From an uncultured Alphaproteobacteria bacterium (GTDB lineage: Bacteria > Pseudomonadota > Alphaproteobacteria > Rhodobacterales > Rhodobacteraceae): 64,000 nt of DNA. Position numbers and translations under genes: made by a program. Numbering within the stretch: position 1 is the stretch's first letter; each line of letters begins with the position of its first letter. Positions 44,243 to 54,020 of this stretch are shown one piece after another. The DNA lies in NCBI GenBank assembly GCA_963745085.1, contig CAVUWP010000017.1:418153-482152 (forward strand), read 5' to 3'. Under the pieces are notes generated by a model. The model was given only the letters and a program-made list of their open reading frames with translations. It searched no databases and was not told where the DNA came from.

Positions 44243-46028
44243 TCAAGTGCTTCGGGCCGGCACCTGCTCCTGCATGTCGGCGGGATCGATGCCGGCGACC
44301 GCGACCGGCGCCTTCATGGCGTCGCGCCGGAAGGGTTCGCCCAGCTCCTGGTTCAGGATGGCCTCGACGAAGACCGTCTCGCCCCGGCCCTGCGCCTCGA
44401 CCGCGTCGCGCAGCGCCTGCGTCAGCTCGTCCATGGTGCGCGCCTGCACGCCCTTCAGCCCGCAGGCCCGGGCGATCTCGGCATAGCTGACATCCGGGTC
44501 GAGCTCGGTGCCGACGAAGTTGTCCTTGTACCACAGCGTCGAGTTCCGCTTCTCGGCACCCCACTGATAGTTGCGGAAGACGACCATGGTGATCGCCGGC
44601 CACTCGGACCGCCCGCAGGCCGTCATCTCGTTCATGCTGATGCCGAAGGCGCCGTCGCCGGCAAAGCCGACGACCGGTGTGTCGGGACAGCCGATCTTGG
44701 CGCCGATGATCGACGGAAAGCCATAGCCGCATGGTCCGAACAGACCGGGCGCCAGGTATTTGCGGCCTTCCTCGAAGGTCGGATAGGCGTTGCCGATGGC
44801 ACAGTTGTTGCCGATGTCGGACGAGATGATCGCCTCGCGCGGCAGCGCCGCCTGAATGGCCCGCCATGCCATGCGCGGGCTCATGTGCTCGGGCTGCCGC
44901 GTCCGCGCGCGCTCGTTCCAGCTGGTGCCGGCGTCGTCCTCCTCGTGGTCCATCGACGAGAGCTCCTGCGCCCAGCGCGACTTGGTCTCGGCGATCAGGT
45001 CGCGCCGCGCCTGCCGGCCCTCGTCGCCGGCCGTCTCGGCCATGGTCGCCAGCAGCCGCTCGGCCACCAGCCTGGCATCGCCGATGATGCCGACGGCAAC
45101 CGGTTTGGTCAGGCCGATGCGGTCGGGATTGATGTCGACCTGGATCAGCTTGGCCTTGGCCGGCCAGTACTCCATGCCATAGCCCGGCAGCGTCGAGAAC
45201 GGGTTCAGCCGCGTGCCCAGCGCCAGCACGACGTCGGCCTGCCTGATCAGGTCCATCGCCGCCTTCGAGCCGTTGTAGCCGAGCGGCCCGGCGAACAATG
45301 GATGGCTGCCCGGGAAGGCGTCATTGTGCTGGTAGTTGCAGCAGACCGGCGCATCCAGCCGCTCGGCCAGCTGCCGCGAGGCAGGGATGGCGCCGGCCAG
45401 AACCACGCCGGCGCCGTTGAGAATGACCGGGAATTCGCGCCTCGCTCAGCAGCTTTGCCGCCTCGGCGATCGCGGCGTCGCCGCCCGCCGGCCGCTCGAA
45501 CTCGACGACCGCCGGCAGCTCGATGTCGACGGCTTGCGTCCAGAAATCGCGCGGCAGGTTGATCTGCGCCGGCGCCGACAGCCGCCTGGCCTTGAGGATG
45601 ACGCGGTTCAGCACCTCGGCGACGCGCGTCGGGTCGCGCACCTCCTCCTGATAGCAGACCATGTCCTTGAACAGCGCCATCTGCTCGACTTCCTGAAAGC
45701 CGCCCTGGCCGATCGTCTTGTTGGCCGCCTGCGGCGTCACCAGCAGCAGCGGCGTATGGTTCCAGTACGCTGTCTTGATGGCGGTGACGAAATTGGTGAT
45801 GCCCGGCCCGTTCTGGGCGATGCACATCCCCATCTTGCCGCTGGCGCGCGTATAGCCGTCGCACATGAAGCCGCCATTGCACTCGTGCGCCACATCCCAG
45901 AACCGGATGCCGGCCTTGGGAAAGAGATCGCTGATCGGCATGAAGGCCGAGCCGATGATGCCGAACGCCTCGCGGATGCCATGGCGCTGCAGCACCTTCA
46001 CGAATGCCTCTTCGGTGGTCATCTTCAT
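44243..46028 (-). CDS. xsc: Sulfoacetaldehyde acetyltransferase, one frameshift
   Basis: MKMTTEEAFVKVL, AFGIIGSAF, QNGPGITN, SSDIGNNC, GDGAFG ThDP motif, NYQWGAEKRN. Confidence 0.95.
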
Positions 46029-46097
46029 GCGCTCTCTCCCTGTGCAGCACGGACCGCGCCCGCTCGTGCCGTTCTTAGACGGCCCGCTCGACAGGAA

Positions 46098-46129
46098 TAA
46101 GGTCCAGATGCGCGCGGGGATGGGACCAG
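46098..46129 (-). promoter_or_regulatory. Probable TauR binding site upstream of xsc
   Basis: CTGGTCCCAT-N12-CTGGACCTTA on the minus strand; resembles the CTGGACYTAA direct repeat known for Rhodobacter TauR. Confidence 0.65.
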
Positions 46130-46313
46130 GAGGGCGCCTTAACAGGGAGCGGAAGGAGTGGAATTTTCGCGACGGATCGCCTGAAATCGGGACGGACGCG
46201 CATCCCGCTTGCACACTCGTCCTATTTTTGCACATATTGGAACGCAGGTGATGTCGTCGCGTTCCTCGGTTGGCAATCGGCAAGCCGACATACGTGATTT
46301 CAGGGAGCGGTTC

Positions 46314-47042
46314 ATGCTGACGAAAAAGGTCCTCATCGCTGTAGGGCTGGTATGCGTGCTCGCGCCTGCGGCGTTCGCCGTAATGAAGGATGGCGGGCCC
46401 GTCTCGCATGTGCCGAAGAGTGTTCGTGCGTCAGCCGAGGTTCTCATCGCGAGCCTGCAACAGTTCCTCGCAAGACGCGATGAACCGGGCGATGCTCGTA
46501 TTCCCGCGCATTTCGGGCCCATGTCGAAGGGAAAAACGCCGTTCACTCGCTTGGCCAGGGCGAAGATGATCGATCGCAGAATTGCCAGATTTCTCGAACA
46601 CGGCATGGAGCTCAACGAATTCGGCCCAAGCTCGCCGATTGGCGACGGGGCGGAGCCCGGATATGCCTCGATGGGTGACCCGGAACAGCAGGCCGGTGGA
46701 TCGTCGTCCGGCGTCGGCGGCGGGTCTTATTCCAGTGCCCGTGGCGGCTCCGGCCCTCGTTTCGCGCGCGCCTCCGGTAGAGGATTGGCTGGCGGCTCCG
46801 GTACAAGCTGGGCTGGCAGCGGGCCCGCAGCGCCGGGCGGAGCGGGGACGGGCGGAGCGGAGCTGCCGGGCGGCGTCGGAGGATCGGCGTCCGAAGCAAC
46901 CACCGCCGAGCTGCTCCTGGAGGACCAGGTCGCAGACGACAATGTGCTGTCCATGCCGGTGCCGGCCAGTCTGTGGATGCTGATCGGCGCAATGGCAGGC
47001 TTGGGCGCGCTCGGATATCGCCGCGGCGTGGCCTCATCCTGA
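46314..47042 (+). CDS. PEP-CTERM/VPLPA-CTERM-type surface protein
   Basis: Signal peptide, Gly/Ser-rich linker, tail MPVPASLWMLIGAMAGLGALGYRR. Confidence 0.75.
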   Translation: MLTKKVLIAVGLVCVLAPAAFAVMKDGGPVSHVPKSVRASAEVLIASLQQFLARRDEPGDARIPAHFGPMSKGKTPFTRLARAKMIDRRIARFLEHGMELNEFGPSSPIGDGAEPGYASMGDPEQQAGGSSSGVGGGSYSSARGGSGPRFARASGRGLAGGSGTSWAGSGPAAPGGAGTGGAELPGGVGGSASEATTAELLLEDQVADDNVLSMPVPASLWMLIGAMAGLGALGYRRGVASS

Positions 47043-47050
47043 TGGTGAGC

Positions 47051-47069
47051 GGCGCCGCTTAACGGCGCC
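47051..47069. terminator. Hairpin between convergent genes
   Basis: GGCGCCG-cttaa-CGGCGCC; no strong U tract. Confidence 0.35.
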
Positions 47070-47089
47070 ATTCTGATCGGGCCGGCGCG

Positions 47090-47950
47090 CTAACGCGTCT
47101 GGTGCGCAAACTCCCAGTACAGCGCGCGGGCCCGGCGTGTCACCGGGCCATAGTCCAGCAGTCGGTCGTCGAAGCGTGTCACCGGCAGGACCTTGCCGGC
47201 ATTCCCGGTGGAAAAGATCTCGTCGGCCGAGCGGAAATCCTCCAGCGTCAGCGTGGTCTCATAGGCCGGAATACCGGCCTCGCCCAGCTGCCTCAGCACC
47301 CGCTGGCGGGTGATGCCGTTCAGGAACGTCCCGTTCGGGATCGGCGTCAGGGCGACCCCGTCCCGCACCATCCAGATGTTCGACGTCGCCGTCTCGGCGA
47401 CATTGCCGAGCGCGTCGAGCACGATGGCGTTGTCGAAGCCCTTCGCCCGCACCTCGCGCAGCATGCGGGCGTTGTTCGGGTAGAGGCAGCCGGCCTTGGC
47501 GTCCGTCGGCATGCACTCGACCGTCGGCCGGCGAAAGCGCGTCGTGGTGATCGAAAAGCCCTTTTCGGGCGGCATCGGCACATCCTCGACGCAGAGCGCG
47601 AAGTCGGTTGATTCCGGGTCGGCCAGCACGATCGAGCCGGCGCTCTCGCGCGACCAGTACATCGGCCGGATGTAGGTCGCCGTGTCGCCCGGGTACTTGG
47701 CGATGCCCTCGCGCGCGATCTCGAGCATCTCGCCGTCCGCGTGCAGCGGCTTCAGCCCCATTGTCAGCGCCGAGGCGTTGGCGCGGGCGCAGTGCAGGTC
47801 GAGGTCGGGCGCCACGCCCTCGAAGGCGCGGGCGCCGTCGAAGACCATGGTGCCGAGCCAGGCGCCGTGGTCCGCCGCCCCGAGGATCGGGTGGTTGCCC
47901 TGGTGCCAGCCGCCCCTGTGCCAGGTCCAGATCGTCTTGCCGACTGCCAT
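47090..47950 (-). CDS. Class IV (branched-chain amino acid type) aminotransferase
   Basis: VFDGARAF, YIRPMYW, AKAGCLYPN, ETATSN, FLNGITR. Confidence 0.88.
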   Translation of the reverse strand: MAVGKTIWTWHRGGWHQGNHPILGAADHGAWLGTMVFDGARAFEGVAPDLDLHCARANASALTMGLKPLHADGEMLEIAREGIAKYPGDTATYIRPMYWSRESAGSIVLADPESTDFALCVEDVPMPPEKGFSITTTRFRRPTVECMPTDAKAGCLYPNNARMLREVRAKGFDNAIVLDALGNVAETATSNIWMVRDGVALTPIPNGTFLNGITRQRVLRQLGEAGIPAYETTLTLEDFRSADEIFSTGNAGKVLPVTRFDDRLLDYGPVTRRARALYWEFAHQTR

Positions 47951-48076
47951 GCGGGTCTCCTGCGCGTGCCGCCCGCAGTAGCGCGCCGCCGTCGGCCGGG
48001 CAAGCGCCGGCAGCCGCGTGGCAAGCGCTCGGCGTGGCCGGCGGACGGTGACGGCCGGGAGAGACGCCCGGCCGGT

Positions 48077-49531
48077 TCAGCCGGCCAGGGCCGCCGCCGC
48101 GAGCAGGGCGATGCCGTCCGGGATGCGCTCGGCCGGGATGGACGAGAAGCCGAGCCGCAGGTGACGGCGCCCCCGCTCCGGGTCCACGAAGAAGGGCGCG
48201 CCAGGCTCGATGACGACGCCGCGCGCCAGCGCCGCCTCGGCGAGGCGCTGCGAGTCGAAGCCGTCAGGCCCCGTCAGCCAGTAGGACGAGCCGCCGAAGC
48301 CAGGCCGCTCGGCCCAGCCCGGCAGGTGCCGGGCCAGCGCCTCGGCCATAACCTGCCAGCGGTCGCGATAGACCCGGTGGATGCGGCGCACCAGCACGTC
48401 GTGGTGCCCGTTCGCCAGGAACAGCGCCGCGGCGCGCTGGTTGTTGCCGGGCGGGTGGCGCAGCATCAGCCGGCGCAGCGCCCGCAGCTCGGCGACCAGG
48501 CGGGCATCGGCCACCAGGAACCCGAGCCGCAGCCCCGGCATCAGTGATTTCGACAGCGAGCCGACGTAGATGACCCGGCCATCCTCGTCGAGGGACTTCA
48601 GCGCCGGCAGCGGAGCGCCCGAATAGTTGGTCTCGAACTCGTAGTCGTCCTCGACGATCACCTGGTCCCAGACGCGCGCCGCCGCGAGCAGCGCCTTGCG
48701 ACGCGCGAGGCTCATGGTGACCGTGGTCGGATGCTGGTGCGACGGCGTGACAAAGACGAGGTCGGCGCCAGCCAGCCCCTCGGATGCAAGTCCCTCGGCA
48801 TCGACCGGCACGGTCCGCACGCTCGGCGTCCGCAGCGCGCAGATGTTGCGCAGGTCAGGATATCCCGGGTCCTCGATCGCGACGACGGTGTCGGTCCGGA
48901 CCAGCAGCGCGGCGACCAGGTAGAGCGCGTTCTGCGCGCCCAGCGTCACGAGGATCTCGTCCGGGCTGGCAGCGATGCCGCGGAGCGGCAGGATGCGCCT
49001 GGCGATTTCCTCGACAAGCAGCGGGTCGTCGGCGGCGAAGCGGTCCTCGGTCCAGGCGTCGAGCCAGCGCGTCCCCATCGCCTGTCGGACGCAGTCGCGC
49101 CACTCGGCGATCGGGAAGATCTCGCGGTCCACCTGGCCGTAGATGAACGGGAAGGGCTGGCGCTGCCATCCCTCGGGCTTGGCCTGGTTGCGCTGCAGGC
49201 CCGGCGCCTTGGCAAACCGCCGCTCCCAGCCGATGTGCCCCTTCGGGTGCTCGGCCGCGGGCCGCGCCGCCATGCCGTCCACCGCCTCGCCGTCGACATA
49301 GAAGCCCGACCGCTCGCGCGATGCCAGAAAGCCCTCGGTCGCCAGCGTCTGGTAGGCCAGCGTGACCGTGTTGCGCGACACCTGCAGCCGCACGGCCATC
49401 GCCCGGGTCGAGGGCACCGCGTCGCCGGCCTTCAGCTGGCCCGTGCGGATCGACTCGACCAGGATCTCGCGGATCTGCGCCTGCAGGGTCGCCGGCTGCG
49501 CCCGTTCCAGATGGTAGAGGGCGTCACGCAT
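48077..49531 (-). CDS. tauR: MocR/GntR-family PLP-dependent regulator, TauR-like
   Basis: N-terminal wHTH (PSTRAMA..VSRNTV), YGQVD, TPSHQ, EDDYEFE, GSLSKSL; located in the taurine region. Confidence 0.8.
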   Translation of the reverse strand: MRDALYHLERAQPATLQAQIREILVESIRTGQLKAGDAVPSTRAMAVRLQVSRNTVTLAYQTLATEGFLASRERSGFYVDGEAVDGMAARPAAEHPKGHIGWERRFAKAPGLQRNQAKPEGWQRQPFPFIYGQVDREIFPIAEWRDCVRQAMGTRWLDAWTEDRFAADDPLLVEEIARRILPLRGIAASPDEILVTLGAQNALYLVAALLVRTDTVVAIEDPGYPDLRNICALRTPSVRTVPVDAEGLASEGLAGADLVFVTPSHQHPTTVTMSLARRKALLAAARVWDQVIVEDDYEFETNYSGAPLPALKSLDEDGRVIYVGSLSKSLMPGLRLGFLVADARLVAELRALRRLMLRHPPGNNQRAAALFLANGHHDVLVRRIHRVYRDRWQVMAEALARHLPGWAERPGFGGSSYWLTGPDGFDSQRLAEAALARGVVIEPGAPFFVDPERGRRHLRLGFSSIPAERIPDGIALLAAAALAG

Positions 49532-49554
49532 CGTGGTCGCACGGCTCCCGCGAA

Positions 49555-49586
49555 CTGGTCCTATGATGGGGCCAGCCTAGACCGCT
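49555..49586 (+). promoter_or_regulatory. Probable TauR binding site upstream of the omega-aminotransferase
   Basis: CTGGTCCTAT-N12-CTAGACCGCT with the same 22-bp period as the xsc site, plus inverted half-site ATGGGGCCAG. Confidence 0.6.
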
Positions 49587-49658
49587 AAAGTCTCATCGAT
49601 CAAGCGGCCCGTCTGCGGCCCGCCCTGCCCGGATCCGGGCACTCTCGGGAGACAGCCC

Positions 49659-51002
49659 ATGCACGATCTGGACATTGCCGACGCCACGCGCGCGAACTCG
49701 CTGGAAGAGCACTGGATGCCGTTCACCGGCAACCGCGACTTCAAGGAGAACCCGCGCCTCGTCGTCAAGGGCGAGGGCATGTATTACACTGACCACAAGG
49801 GCGGGCGCGTGATCGACGGCTCGTCGGCGCTGTTCTGCTCGCCGGCCGGCCATGCGCGGCCCGAGATCGCCGAGGCGGTCTACAAGCAGCTGCAGGAGAA
49901 CTCTTACACGCCGCACTTCCAGATCGGCCATCCCGGCAGCTTCGAGCTGGCGCGCCGCGTCAGCGCCATCCTGCCCGACCCGATGAACCACGTCTTCTTC
50001 GCCAATTCCGGCTCGGAGGCCATCGACACGGCGCTGAAGATGGTGATGGCCTACCACCGCGCGCGCGGCCAGTCGCAGCGCCTGCGCTTCGTCAGCCGCG
50101 AGCGCGCCTATCACGGCGTCAACATCGGCGGCGTCTCGCTCTCGGGCATGGTCAAGAACCGCGAGACCTTTCCGGTCACCATGCCGAACGTCGTGACGAT
50201 CCGGCACACCTGGACGGGCAAGGACCTGTTCCATGACGGGCTGCCGAGCCATGACGGACCCGAGCTCGCCGACGACCTGGAACGGCATTGCCAGACCTAT
50301 GGCGGCAGCACGATCGCCGCCGTCTTCGTCGAGCCGGTGGCCGGCTCGACCGGCACGCTGGTGCCGCCGAAAGGGTATCTCCAGCGGCTGCGCGAGATCT
50401 GCGACCGGCACGGCATCCTGCTGGTCTTCGACGAGGTCATCACCGGCTTCGGGCGGCTCGGCGCGCCCTTCGCGGCGCAGCTCTTCGGGGTCACGCCAGA
50501 CATCATGACGATGGCCAAGGCGCTGACGAACGGCTGCATCCCGATGGGCGCCGTCGCCTGCAAGGACGAGATCTACGAGACCGTCACCAATGCCAGCCCG
50601 GAGAACGCCATCGAGTTCTTCCACGGCTATACCTACTCGGCGCACCCGGCGGCCTGCGCCGCCGGCAATGCGGCGCTGGCGATCTATGAGCGCGAGGGGC
50701 TGTTCGAGCGGGCGGCGGAGATGGCGCCCTACTTCAAGGACGCGGTCATGTCGCTGCGCGACCACGCGCTGGTGAAGGACATCCGCACGATCGGGCTGAT
50801 GTCCGGCGTCGAGGTCCACCCCGAATCCGGCAAGCCCGGCCATCGCGGCTCGGAAATGCAGAAGGCGCTGTTCTGGAACGGGTGCCACGTCAAGTTCACC
50901 GGCGACACGGGGATCGTCGCGCCCGCTTTCATCGCCGAGCGCGCGCATGTCGACGAGATCGTCGAGAAGGTGCGGCACACGCTCGACCAGTTCGCCGCGT
51001 GA
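49659..51002 (+). CDS. Class III omega-amino acid:pyruvate aminotransferase (beta-alanine type)
   Basis: HWMPFTGNR, SGSEAID, AYHG, FDEVITGFGRLG, MAKALTNG, FFHGYTYSAHP. Confidence 0.9.
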   Translation: MHDLDIADATRANSLEEHWMPFTGNRDFKENPRLVVKGEGMYYTDHKGGRVIDGSSALFCSPAGHARPEIAEAVYKQLQENSYTPHFQIGHPGSFELARRVSAILPDPMNHVFFANSGSEAIDTALKMVMAYHRARGQSQRLRFVSRERAYHGVNIGGVSLSGMVKNRETFPVTMPNVVTIRHTWTGKDLFHDGLPSHDGPELADDLERHCQTYGGSTIAAVFVEPVAGSTGTLVPPKGYLQRLREICDRHGILLVFDEVITGFGRLGAPFAAQLFGVTPDIMTMAKALTNGCIPMGAVACKDEIYETVTNASPENAIEFFHGYTYSAHPAACAAGNAALAIYEREGLFERAAEMAPYFKDAVMSLRDHALVKDIRTIGLMSGVEVHPESGKPGHRGSEMQKALFWNGCHVKFTGDTGIVAPAFIAERAHVDEIVEKVRHTLDQFAA

Positions 51003-51006
51003 GCCG

Positions 51007-51027
51007 GGGCGGGCGGAGCGCCCGCCC
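51007..51027 (+). terminator. GC-rich hairpin just after the aminotransferase stop
   Basis: GGGCGGGCG-gag-CGCCCGCCC, 9-bp stem, no U tract. Confidence 0.4.
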
Positions 51028-51071
51028 TGCGGGCCTCGCCTAGGGTGGTCGGTTCGCCCGCCCACCATCGC

Positions 51072-51269
51072 ATGATGCCGGTCCCGCAGATCGAGACGGA
51101 GCGCCTGCGGCTCGGCCCGCTGGCCCTGACCCGCGTCATCGCCGACACCCATGTCGGGAACGGGGCCTCCCGCCGCGTCGCCGAGAAGATCGGCATGCGC
51201 GCCACCGGCCGGACCCCCGGTGCGGAGCATCATATCCGCTACCAAGCCCGGAGCGCAGCCCGGCGATGA
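51072..51269 (+). pseudogene. RimJ/RimL-type GNAT acetyltransferase remnant with internal deletion
   Basis: N-terminal IETERLRL joined almost directly to C-terminal NGASRRVAEKIGM; only about 65 codons. Confidence 0.65.
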
Positions 51270-52408
51270 CGGTGCTGGTGCTGAACTGCGGCTCGTCCTC
51301 GATCAAGGCGGCCGTCTTCGGCGATGACGACCGGGCCGTCGCCAGGGCGCTGGTCGAGCGCATCGGTGCCGGGCCGCGCCTGCGGATCGACGGACCCTCG
51401 GGCCGCGAGGAGAGCGCAGCCGAGGTGGACGGGCACGAGGACCTGCTCGGCTGGCTGCTGCCGCGCCTCGAGCGGACGGTCGGCGACGGGATCGATGCGG
51501 TCGGCCACCGGGTCGTGCATGGCGGCCTCGACTTCGCCGACCCGGTGCTGGTCGACGCGGGCGTCACGGCGAAACTCGAGCGGCTGGTCCCGATGGCGCG
51601 CTCGCACCAGCCGCACAACCTTGCCGGCATACGCGCGGTCGCCCGGACCTGGCCCGGGCTGCCGCAGGTCGCCTGCTTCGACACGGCCTTTCACCGCACG
51701 ATCCCGGAGGTGCGGCAGCGCTTTGCCCTGCCGGCGCGGCTGACCGCGATGGGCATCAGGCGCTATGGCTTCCACGGCATCAGCTATGAGTGGATCGCCG
51801 GCCGGTTGCCGGCGGTGACGGAGCACGCCGAGGGGCGGGTCGTCGTCGCCCATCTCGGCAACGGCGCCAGCCTCTGCGCCATGCGGTCGCGGCGCAGCCT
51901 GGCGACGACGATGGGCTTCACGCCGCTGGACGGGCTGATCATGGGGAACCGGCCGGGGACGCTCGACCCGGGCGCGGTGCTCTACCTGTTCGACGAGCTC
52001 GGCATGACGGCCGAGGAGGTGCGGCGCCTGCTGTTCGACCAGTCGGGCCTGCTGGGCGTCAGCCATCTCTCGAACGACATGCGCAGCCTGCTGGCCAGCG
52101 ACGAGCCGGATGCGCGGCTGGCGGTCGAGCTGTTCGTCGACCGGGCGGCGCGCGAGATCGCCGCGATGGCGGCGACCGTCCGCGGCATCGATGCGCTCGT
52201 CTTCACAGGCGGAATCGGCGAGAACGCGGCGCCGGTCAGGGCGCGCATCGCCGATGGCTGCGGCTGGCTCGGCGCCCGGCTGGACCCGGCCGCGAACGAG
52301 CGGCACGGCCCGGTCATCTCGGCGCCCGGCAGCGCCGTCGAGATGCTGGTGGTGCCGACCGACGAGGAGGCGATGATCGCCCGGCACTGTCGGGCGCTGG
52401 CCGGCTGA
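51266..52408 (+). CDS. ackA: Acetate kinase
   Basis: VLNCGSSSIK, GHRVVHGG, FDTAFH, RRYGFHG, HLGNGAS, FTGGIGEN. Confidence 0.93.
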   Translation: MTVLVLNCGSSSIKAAVFGDDDRAVARALVERIGAGPRLRIDGPSGREESAAEVDGHEDLLGWLLPRLERTVGDGIDAVGHRVVHGGLDFADPVLVDAGVTAKLERLVPMARSHQPHNLAGIRAVARTWPGLPQVACFDTAFHRTIPEVRQRFALPARLTAMGIRRYGFHGISYEWIAGRLPAVTEHAEGRVVVAHLGNGASLCAMRSRRSLATTMGFTPLDGLIMGNRPGTLDPGAVLYLFDELGMTAEEVRRLLFDQSGLLGVSHLSNDMRSLLASDEPDARLAVELFVDRAAREIAAMAATVRGIDALVFTGGIGENAAPVRARIADGCGWLGARLDPAANERHGPVISAPGSAVEMLVVPTDEEAMIARHCRALAG

Positions 52409-52458
52409 GGACCATCCGTCGCGCAATTGTGTCGGCGGATCCCGCGATCTGCCTGGGG

Positions 52459-53468
52459 TCATCCGCCGCCGACCGCTCGCGGAACCGGGCCGGCCATCGC
52501 CAGCGTCAGCACGGCGGCTGCGATGATCTCGTCGACCGAGGCGCCGCGCGAAAGATCGCTGACCGGCCGGGCGAACCCCTGCAGGACGGGGCCGACGGCG
52601 CGGGCGCCGGCCAGCTGCTGCACCAGCTTGTAGCCGATGTTGCCGGCGTCGAGCGTCGGGAAGACCAGCACGTTGGCGCGGCCGGCGACCGGGCTCTCGG
52701 CGCCCTTGCGCCGGGCGATCGCGGCGTCGAGGGCAGCATCCGCCTGGAGCGGCCCGTCGAAGGCCAGTTCGGGCGCCTTGGCGCGGGCCAACTCGACAGC
52801 CGCGCGGACGCGCTCCACCTCGGGGCCGGCGCCCGAAGCGTGCGTCGAGAACGACAGCAGCGCCGTGCGCGCCTCGCCGAGCAGCGCCGCGCCCGAGCGC
52901 GCCGAGGCGACGGCGATGTCGGCGAGCTGGGCGGCGGTCGGCGCGACGGTCAGCGCGCAGTCGGCGAAGAGCAGCGCCCGATGCAAGGCGTCCGGTCCGG
53001 GCAGCGCCATCAGGAAGAAGCTGGACGGCGTCTCGACACCGGGCGCGAGGCCGACCGTCAGCAGCCCCGCCTCGATCACCCGGCGCGTCGGCGTTGCGGC
53101 GCCGGCGACCATGGCGTCGGCGTCGCCTGCTGGCGACCAGCGCGCCGGCGAAGCAGGCCGGCCGGTCGAGCAGCCTTCCGGCCATTGCGGGCGTCATCCG
53201 GTCGCGCCGCGGGCGACCAGAGCGGCCAGCGCCACGCGCCGTGGGTCGGTCGCGGGGTCGAGCGTCTCGCAGCCCGGCGCCCGCCGCCGATCAGCAGGAC
53301 GCGGGCGAGGCCCTCGGCGGCCAGCCGGGCGCCGGCCTCGGCGATGCGCGGCTCGGCTCCCTCGGGCAGAACGACGGTGCGCCGCATCGCCCGGGCCGCC
53401 CTGAAGGCCCGGTCGAGCACGTCATCGGATGGCCGCGACGCCGCCTGCTGGCGGAACTGCGTTTCCAT
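52459..53468 (-). CDS. pta: Phosphate acetyltransferase, frameshifted
   Basis: VVLPEG, FADCAL, DGPLQADAA, GNIGYKL, PVSDLSRG. Confidence 0.9.
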
Positions 53469-53499
53469 CACGTCGCCGGAGCGATCATGCCGGCCCGCC

Positions 53500-53931
53500 T
53501 CAGCAGCGGTTGAGCCGGAGGACCATGTTTCGGTCGTCGTTCGAGCGCCAGATCGCCTGCTCGTTCGAGAGGAACTCGTAGGTGCCCCGGCCCCCGGCCT
53601 CCTGGTAGAGCATCGGGCCGCTATGGTGGTACTCGCGGGGACCGCCGGCACGGTTCACCGGCTGGGCAATCATCGTCCGGCCCTGCACATCGAGATGGTT
53701 CTCCAGCGCACGTCCGTTTGCCTGGAAGCACCAATAGCCGCTCAGGCTGGCGGCGCTGACCTCGGGTTCCGCCGGCGGATAGCCCGAGCCCGCTTGCGGA
53801 TAGCCCGCTGCGCCTTGCGGCGGAGCCTGAACCACGCAGGCAGTCAGCACCAGCAGCATGGCGGCCGCCAAGGCGACCGGAACGGAAAACCTTCTCGCAG
53901 AATTCGTGACGGTCAAAATCCTTCCTTCCAT
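53500..53931 (-). CDS. Hypothetical lipoprotein; start uncertain
   Basis: Hydrophobic stretch with LTA-C lipobox, GYP-repeat linker, small beta domain with a Cys pair. Confidence 0.65.
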   Translation of the reverse strand: MEGRILTVTNSARRFSVPVALAAAMLLVLTACVVQAPPQGAAGYPQAGSGYPPAEPEVSAASLSGYWCFQANGRALENHLDVQGRTMIAQPVNRAGGPREYHHSGPMLYQEAGGRGTYEFLSNEQAIWRSNDDRNMVLRLNRC

Positions 53932-54020
53932 TCCCGAGACGTCGTGCGCGGCGTCGCGCCGGCGGCGCGCCCGCCGCGCGAAACCTATCAGAAAACCGTG
54001 ACGCGCGCGGCCCCCGCCGC

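Noticed and set aside
46271..46285. Sigma54 promoter before the PEP-CTERM gene
   Set aside because: Only GG-N10-GC spacing matches; flanks fit TGGCAC-N5-TTGC poorly
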